This document shows positions 56,267 to 64,000 of a stretch of 64,000 nt of DNA, in pieces (position 1 is the stretch's first letter; every line of letters begins with the position of its first letter). Source of the stretch: Massalongia carnosa (lineage: Eukaryota); contig OZ287079.1 in assembly GCA_965645245.1 (NCBI GenBank), positions 1,674,001 through 1,738,000 of the forward strand, written 5' to 3'. The notes below the pieces were generated by a model. It was not told where the DNA came from. It ran no database searches and was given only the letters and a program-made list of their open reading frames with translations. Made by a program: the position numbers and the translations under genes.

Positions 56267-59200
56267 ATGCCCGGTAACACGCTAGCAGTCTCTACAGGCG
56301 CGAAGGATTTTGGCACGATTTCTGGCAACCAAGGCGCTGTGATCGGTGACGTCTCAGGCTATGCGAAAGTGATTGGTTTGCGTCCTGTTCACATCGATAT
56401 TGATCTTATGCTAAATCCTGATTAGGCTCTCAGACAAACAATATTGTTCAATATCCAGGCAAGTCGCCATTCGCAATGATATAGCGTCCTGTGAGCCAAG
56501 GCTGATAGCATTCTGCGTTTGTAGAAAGACCCGATACCCCACCAAGCCCATCATCTGCTGTTCCTTTCCGCCGCGACCCTGATTTCGTCGATCGCGGAAC
56601 GCTACTTGATCAGATCCACGAAAAGTGCTCCGCGCCAGCATCAAGAGTAGTGCTTGTCGGCCTAGGCGGCGTTGGGTAAGCCAAAGGGCCTCAGGCTAGT
56701 TCTAATAGCTTACTTTCGCAAAGAAAGTCGCAGCTTGCCATCGAGTACTGCTATCGAATCAGAGAGCAGTTGCCGACGACGTGGGTGTTCTGGATACACG
56801 CTAGTAATGCAGCCCGTATCGAGCAAGGTTATCGGGATGTTGCAGAGCAAGTCAAGATTCCTGGCAGGGAGGACCCAAAGGCGGACATATTCCGGCTAGT
56901 TGACAAGTGGTTACGCGACGAGAAGAACGGAAAGTGGGCTCTGGTCCTCGACAATGCCGACGAAGCTACTGTACTTTTCGAAACTCATGCTACAGGCCAG
57001 AAGGCGCAGGATGGCGGCATTAGAAGCGGGCTCACGCAATCACTGTTAGCATATCTACCTCAGAGTCGAAACGGCTCGATTCTCATCACCTCCCGGACTA
57101 AAAGCGTGGCATTGCGGCTAGCAGAAGAAAGCGACATAATACCGGTTGAGCCGATGGACGATACACATGCGCTAGCGCTCCTTGAAAAGAAGCTGGGAGA
57201 ACAGATGGACAGAGATGATACTGCTGAGCTAGCAGCAGCACTCGAATTCATGCCGCTTGCCATCGTTCAAGCGGCCGCATACATTCGACAAAGAGTACCA
57301 AGATATTCTGTTCGACAGTACATAAAAGAGTTCTATAAAAATGATAAAAGAAAGACCAGTCTGTTGAATCACGAAGCGGGACATCTTCGCAGGGACTTGG
57401 AGGCTAAAAATTCAATCATTATAACCTGGCAAATATCGTTTGATCATATTCATCAGATCAAGCCTTCGGCAGCTAATCTGCTGTCGCTTATGAGCTTTTT
57501 CGATCGACAGGGAATTCCTGAGGCTTTACTCAAGACACAAAACGATGCAGGAAATGAAAATACGGGAGAAAATGCTGGAAATGACGAAGATGATGACCAC
57601 GAAGACGATAGCGATAAGGATACCGTATCCGATTCCAGCGTAGACGAGTTCGAAGCCGACATACTTGTCTTGAGAAACTTCTCGTTCATCACCATCAGCA
57701 TGGATGAAACCACCTTTGAGATGCACGGGCTAGTGCAGCTAGCGATCAGAAAGTGGCTAGAAGCATCCAATCAGCTCGAAAGATGGAAGCAGCAATACAT
57801 CAAGAATCTCTGTACAGTATTTCCAACGGGAAATTACGAGAATTGGACAAAGTGTCAAGCGCTTTTTCCTCACGCAAAGTCGGCAGTAGCGCAGGAGCCA
57901 GCTGTCGAAAGCTCATTACAAGATTGGGCCTTGATACTATATCACGCTGCATGGTATGCGTGGGCGAAAGGGAGTTACGCTGAAGCAGCGACAATGGCCC
58001 TAAAAGCAACAAGAACCAGACAAAAAGTGCTTGGTCCAGAGGATGATGAGACATTGAATAGTATGACTATGCTAGCCTTGGCATACAAGGGACAAGGACG
58101 ATGGACGAAGGCCGAAGAGCTGGAGGTGCAAGTAATGACGACGAAAAAGAGGGTGCTAGGGGCGGAGCATCCTTCCACGCTGACTAGCATGGCCAATCTT
58201 GCGTCGACGTATTGGAATCAAGGACGATGGACGGAGGCCGAAGAGCTGGAGGTGCAAGTGATGGAGACGATAAAGAGGGTGCTAGGGGCGGAGCATCCTT
58301 CCACGCTGACTAGCATGGCCAATCTTGCGTCGACGTACAGGAATCAAGGACGATGGATGGAGGCCGAAGAGCTGGAGGTGCAAGTGATGGAGACGAGTGC
58401 GAGGGTGCTAGGGGCGGAGCATCCAGACACGCTGACTAGCATGGCCAATCTTGCGTCGACGTACAGGAATCAAGGACGATGGACGGAGGCCGAAGAGCTG
58501 GAGGTGCAAGTGATGGAGACGAGTGCGAGGGTGCTAGGGGCGGAGCATCCTTCCACGCTGACTAGCATGGCCAATCTTGCGTCGACGTATTGGAATCAAG
58601 GACGATGGACGGAGGCCGAAGAGCTGGAGGTGCAAGTTATGGAGACGATAAAGAGGGTGCTAGGGGCGGAGCATCCAGACACGCTGACTAGCATGGCCAA
58701 TCTTGCGTCGACGTACAGGAATCAAGGACGATGGACGGAGGCCGAAGAGCTGGAGGTGCAAGTGATGGAGACGAGTGCGAGGGTGCTAGGGGCGGAGCAT
58801 CCTTCCACGCTGACTAGCATGGCCAATCTTGCGTCGACGTATTCGAATCAAGGACGATGGACGGAGGCCGAAGAGCTGGAGGTGCAAGTGATGGAGACGA
58901 GTGCGAGGGTGCTAGGGGCGGAGCATCCTTCCACGCTGACTAGTATGGCCAATCTTGCGTCGACGTACAGGAATCAAGGACGATGGACGGAGGCCGAAGA
59001 GCTGGAGGTGCAAGTGATGGAGACGAGTGCGAGGGTGCTAGGGGCGGAGCATCCTTCCGCGCTGACTAGCATGGCCAATCTTGCGTCGACGTACAGGAAT
59101 CAAGGACGATGGACGGAGGCCGAAGAGCTGGAGGTGCAAGTGATGGAGACGAGTGCGAGGGTGCTAGGGGCGGAGCATCCTTCCACGCTGACTAGCATGG

Positions 59201-59877
59201 CCAATCTTGCGTCGACGTATTCGAATCAAGGACGATGGACGGAGGCCGAAGAGCTGGAGGTGCAAGTGATGGAGACGAGTGCGAGGGTGCTAGGGGCGGA
59301 GCATCCTTCCACGCTGACTAGTATGGCCAATCTTGCGTCGACGTACAGGAATCAAGGACGATGGACGGAGGCCGAAGAGCTGGAGGTGCAAGTGATGGAG
59401 ACGATGAAGAGAGTGCTAGGGGCGGAGCATCCTTCCACGCTGACTAGCATAGCCAATCTTGCGTCGACGTACAGGAACCAAGGACGATGGACGGAGGCCG
59501 AAGAGCTGGAGGTGCAAGTTATGGAGACGATAAAGAGGGTGCTAGGGGCGGAGCATCCTTCCACGCTGACTAGCATGGCCAATCTTGCGTCGACGTATTG
59601 GAATCAAGGAAGATGGACGGAGGCCGAAGAGCTGGAGGTGCAAGTGATGGAGACGATAAAGAGGGTGCTAGGGGCGGAGCATCCTTCCACGCTGACTAGC
59701 ATGAGCAACCTTGCATTCACGTGGAAGTCTCAAGGCCGCAATGATAAGGCTCTCTCACTGCTAAAGGAATGTTTTCAGCTACGAAGACACAAATTGGGTC
59801 CTCAACATCCTGATACAGAGTCTTCGCTTGAGGTTCTGAATGAGTGGCAGATGGAGAGTTTATCATCGGAGTCTTAA
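56267..59877 (+). CDS. Fungal NLR: short N-terminal motif, NB-ARC, TPR array (~1148 aa, 4 coding exons)
   Basis: Exons 56267-56375, 56426-56458, 56525-56675 and 56724-59877 splice in frame. VPFRRDPDFVDR, Walker A GLGGVGKS (split by an intron), Walker B LVLDNAD, ILITSR, MPLAI (GLPL-like), MHGLVQ (MHD-like). The first two exons are less certain than the rest. Confidence 0.9.
58093..59705 (+). repeat. 126-bp (42-aa) near-identical TPR tandem array, ~13 units
   Basis: 12 STYxNQGRW units plus divergent cap repeats. Confidence 0.97.
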
Positions 59878-60942
59878 AGCGATTCATATAATTCAGAACT
59901 AAATCCCACTACCCTTGAAACTTGATCTTCTGAGCGTTTGATGAACAAAGCAGCATAAGAATACTACTTTTTATTTTGTCCAAAACTGAAAGTTTAGAAC
60001 ATGAGTGACAGAATGATCGAGCTCGCTGACGCACGCGACTACCCCTAGGTTTTGAACTCGCCCGCGTTAGCAGAGAGGCCTAAACAATGTGCTCTAACTC
60101 TTCCAAATAACAATAAGTTGGCATACCTTCTACCTTGAAAATTCACCTCCGCGCCCTTGCCCAGCAACACCTCCACTATCTTCTCGTTCTGCTGTTCAAA
60201 TTAACGCTGTTCGCCCGTGCTGATCTTGTGCCTCCAGATCTACCAATTTAGCACCCATGATCATGCTCAGGATTACTTCGTGTTGAACGCTGCAAGCCAG
60301 TTGTCATTCATGACCGGCTGGTCTTCATATCATGATAAAGCCCGTCATAGTAAAAGAAACCATAGTTAAAATTAATTATATTGTACTCAGCATAGTCCAC
60401 GGGTCTTGACACATCTGCATTTTTCAACCCGAAAGTAGTATTTCGGAAATGGGCCGTCTGATGTTCAGAACCTGATGTTGTTGTATCTCGAGCAGCATTT
60501 GACTAGTTAGTCACGACACTATTTGTTTGACAGGAAGAACTGATGCTGCTTCTCAATGATGCTTGGAGTTGTGATTTTCTTGCATCTATTTGGATAGCTT
60601 TGATAGTAAGAATCGCTGTTACTCTTAATTGAAATCAGCATTATGAATTAATCCGTTGTAGTTTTCTAGAATCTACAAACATCTTGAATCTTGATATTTT
60701 GACTTTCGCTTGATCAGAACACCACAGAACGGAAAGTATAGCAATTAGCATAGCGAGGAAGCGGTCGCCAATCATACTTTGAGATAAGATGAAACTTCGT
60801 CATGTATCTTTAGCTGAAGAAGCAGTACGAAGTAACAACTGCATTGAATATATTCTGAAAGTCTCTGTCAAGCGATCCGTCACTTATTTTATTCTCGTCT
60901 TTTTCATTAGCTGCCTCTGATTTGGATTACTCCTATTCCGTC

Positions 60943-62481
60943 GAGTAGATTCGGGACAGACCCCATCTGGCAGACCCCTCGGAAAGTTCTACTGCTTATT
61001 AGGACTAGCTTAAGCCTCATCCTCACACTAAATTAATAGTCCATCTACTGTGTACTAATGCAACGTCCCCCCGCAAGCTTCATATACCCAGTCACTTGCA
61101 ACATTACTTATTGCTGTAGCCAATTCAAACATCACACGTAGCTAGCCTCGGATTATTTGATGAGGGGTAATCATCCCATATACGCTGCGGGAGAGGGAGT
61201 GGCGGAGCCAGAAGAGGATAAGGAAGATGATAAGGAGGAGGTATGGGGGGAGGGTGAGGATGAGATGGAAGAGGAGGATGAGGAGGAGATGGAAGAGGAG
61301 GATGAGCAGGAGGTGAGAAGAAGGAAAGGCGAAGGGGGAGAAGTGAAGAAGGACGGTGATAGATATCGCCGCGGTGGAGTTGATATGATGCAATCCGCAG
61401 CATTTGAGTCAATGGATTTGCACAAATCAATGGAAAATTCACATCGAGATGAGGAGTATGCTCGAGCAGACGTAGCAAACAGCGCCAAATTCAATCAACA
61501 ATGGCTGGAAAGGGAGTCGGCTAGATCTCTTATCCCAACAACTTTCCCTGATGAAATCCGACCGAAGGAAAACCTCAGGTGGAAAAATGGAGGAAGTCGT
61601 CGCCGTGCTTACACTGGCCGCGAGGCAGCTGAGGCAGATGAGGCCAATCAGCGACGTGCTAGACGTAAGGACTCGATTGAACAAGGGAGAAGGCGACGGC
61701 AAGATAAACTGCGTGAAAGCGATGAAAACGAGAGTGTGATTAGCGATGGTAAAAACCCAAGATATAAGCAAATCGACGCAGCACGGCTAACATATGACGT
61801 AGTAGATTTGACTGAAGATGCGGTCATCGTCTCCGACGACGATGACCTGCATTATGTAGACACTCAGCCGATTCCCGATCCTTCTACGAGTCTCACACTT
61901 CCTTCGAATGACAACGATGCATTTCAACGTCTTCCGATTCGTTTGAAGATATTGATGAAGTGCTGGCGAAACATAGCCAAAAAGTCTCATCTCAAACGGC
62001 CCCGTCCCTTTATAGTCTCAGTCAAAACCTCCGCCTCAGTCAGTTGCCTCCTACTTCGTCTGCCACAACGCGAAGGTCTCGGGGTGTAGCCAAAAAATCA
62101 AAGGTTCTGTTGGAGTTGGAGTCTCAGCAAAAGGCTAAAGCAAGCAGATAAACAGGCTAGGGCCGAGGCGAAGAAGCAGGCGGCAGCTATGAAGATTGCT
62201 AGGACTATGAAGCCTAGAAAGGAGGATGTTTCGCAACTGATTGATGAGTTTTCAGAGTTGAGGTCATCGCAATGAGTTGTATAATAGTAATGAAATAGTA
62301 GAGTGTAATAGGTGTGACTTTTTCATACAATCAATCTGGATATAACGACTTATCAGCTAGGTATATGTTGCATTAGTAGATGGACTATTAATTTAGTGTG
62401 AGGGTGAGGCTTAAGCTAGTCCTAATAAGCAGTAGAACTTTCCGAGGGGTCTGCCAGTTGGGGTCTGTCCCGAATCTACTC
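60943..62481 (+). mobile_element. Non-autonomous MULE derivative with ~115-bp TIRs
   Basis: TIRs GAGTAGATTCGGGACAGACCCC; the interior is the 3' part of the transposase, homologous to 23564-24520; flanks do not form a TSD. Confidence 0.9.
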
Positions 62482-62706
62482 GACAAGTCATAGGGACACT
62501 AGAAACGAATACAATAAAGATGAAGAAGGAAATGGACAATCGACAACCAGAACCTGCTCCTATATATCCTCTGCTGCGCTAGTACCATGTGGTATAGTCG
62601 TCATGGAATCTTCTAGTAGCTGCGGGAACGAAATCGAAAGTGCCTGCGTGTTCCATCTACGATTGCCCTAGGCGGTGCCGAGGTCGTGCCGAGCAGAATC
62701 GTGACA
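62482..62706. mobile_element. Partial LTR, same family as 55042-55411
   Basis: Close match to 55186-55411, cut by the MULE TIR. Confidence 0.85.
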
Positions 62707-62940
62707 GCATGCATTTGTGAAGTAACTCTTTTGACCATTTCGACATAGGCGTTGTCTGGTCTGGGCCTGTAGTTGATCTAAATGTATGTCAATTGAGGCT
62801 ATAAATGTCTCTGCTTCTAGGACAGCTACGGGCGTTGCTTTGAAGGCTCCGGCTATGTTTCTTAGACATTTGTTTTGTATGACAGCCAGTTTGTTCGAGA
62901 TGACGTTTGATTTTTGAATTTCTTTTGGCATGTGCCAAAT
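62707..62940 (-). mobile_element. LINE (non-LTR) ORF2 fragment
   Basis: LAVIQNKCLRNIAGAFKATPVAVLEAE, typical of the post-RT region of fungal LINEs. Confidence 0.75.
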
Positions 62941-63103
62941 AAATCGAATCTGATATAATCAAGAAAAAAAAACTCGAAAGATAAATATTTAATTTAAAAA
63001 AGGAAAATTTATTAAATTTCTAAATCAAGTCATGCTTTACATACTTTTCTATTAATTAAGTAATCCGTGCTCGAAGTTTACCGAGGTCCCAGCTGCCTGA
63101 CAA

Positions 63104-64000
63104 CTAGAATGAATGCTTCGCAAATGCATTTTCAACTGTGTCATAAACATCGTACGAAAAGATCCATGACTGAATTTTGGGATGTGTCCTACAAATATTA
63201 GGGCACTTTACTGTTACAAAAGTCACCATCGCTTACCAGCATTCCTTTCCGGGAGTATCAGGAACATATGGTTCGAAAGATTCTGCAAGGCGCAAGTCTC
63301 GCGCCACCTGCTCCTCGCCGTCTGGAAGATGATGTTCATGGCCCTGAAGAAACGTTTCTCGAACTAGTTGATCGAGCCGCGGACGTCGGATAGTATCATA
63401 TAGATCCATGGCGTTAGGTATCTGCTTTGTGGATGAAACATGGGAGAGCAGTGCGCCAAGGGTTGCACCGTCTTCGAGAGCGGAATTCGCACCCTGAGCC
63501 ATGTAAGGGAGCATCGCGTGACAGGAGTCGCCTCTGCGATGTCGACAATCAGTTCTTGAAACTTCATTCTATCCAATCTGTTGTAAGTCTGGGGGCTGCT
63601 TACGCCATAACGAAAGATCCCGATGAAGTTTTCCACGACTTTAGCGTAGGGAGGTGGTAAAGCCGCCACTTTTCGACCTTGTTCGTACATTTCAGGAAAC
63701 GAGTGAGTCTTACAGGCTAGTGAGCTCTATATTACATATCGACGTGATGCCACAACTCACATTGGGTCCCACCCTTCGAACAGTTGCATCATTTCGTCCA
63801 CGTTACCCTTGGCTTTTGCAGCATTTTCTGGCAAGTCATCCGGAACGAGTAGAACTAAATTGAGCAAACGTCCACCTTGAATGCCATATGCAACCGCATG
63901 AGCGCTAGGTCCTGCCCAAATATGAATCCCGACTTTCCGAATCCATGCTTTCAGCTCATCATCCTGAATATTTTCGGTGTCGAGCACTATTCTGTAGGCT
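63104..64000 (-). CDS. FAD-dependent monooxygenase (salicylate hydroxylase-like), 3' part
   Basis: W.GP..H.VAY, FEGWDP, KWRL and GDSCHAMLPYMAQGANSALEDG motifs; three GT-AG introns keep the frame to TAG at 63104; runs off the window. Confidence 0.9.

Noticed and set aside
57453..59582. Antisense ORFs over the NLR
   Set aside because: Shadow frames produced by the repeat periodicity.
61125..61494. Pro/Ser-rich minus-strand ORFs
   Set aside because: Antisense shadows of the acidic GAG/GAA-rich MULE segment.
1..64000. Starship captain (DUF3435), tRNA or rRNA genes
   Set aside because: I recognised no tyrosine-recombinase motifs or structured RNA genes by eye.

Overview
This is eukaryotic, intron-containing DNA from a filamentous ascomycete (inferred from GT-AG introns with CTRAC-type branch points, a fungal NLR and fungal TE families). 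It looks like a TE-saturated accessory region; roughly 18-56 kb is an almost continuous stack of nested elements. These include two chromodomain Ty3/Gypsy, three Ty1/Copia (one intact with identical LTRs), four Tc1/mariner, three Mutator-like elements (13.7, 23.4 and 60.9 kb), a piggyBac relic, a LINE fragment and several solo LTRs. Apparently intact host genes are a 1148-aa NB-ARC-TPR NLR, a 7-exon cysteine-synthase-like/rhodanese fusion, a small secreted Cys-rich protein, the 3' part of an FAD monooxygenase and a spliced 53-aa micro-ORF that the ORF track misses. The NLR has about 13 near-identical 42-aa TPRs and a short G/N/Q-rich N-terminus that resembles an amyloid signalling motif. A 5'-truncated second copy of the TPR array lies 32 kb upstream, fused to a gag fragment. 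The micro-ORF shares a GAxx[LF]GxxSGNQ motif with the NLR N-terminus. Decayed relics include an APH-like kinase, a HET-type gene, ankyrin repeats, a PD-(D/E)XK-like gene and possibly DUF3723. All family calls come from motif recognition by eye; no searches were run.
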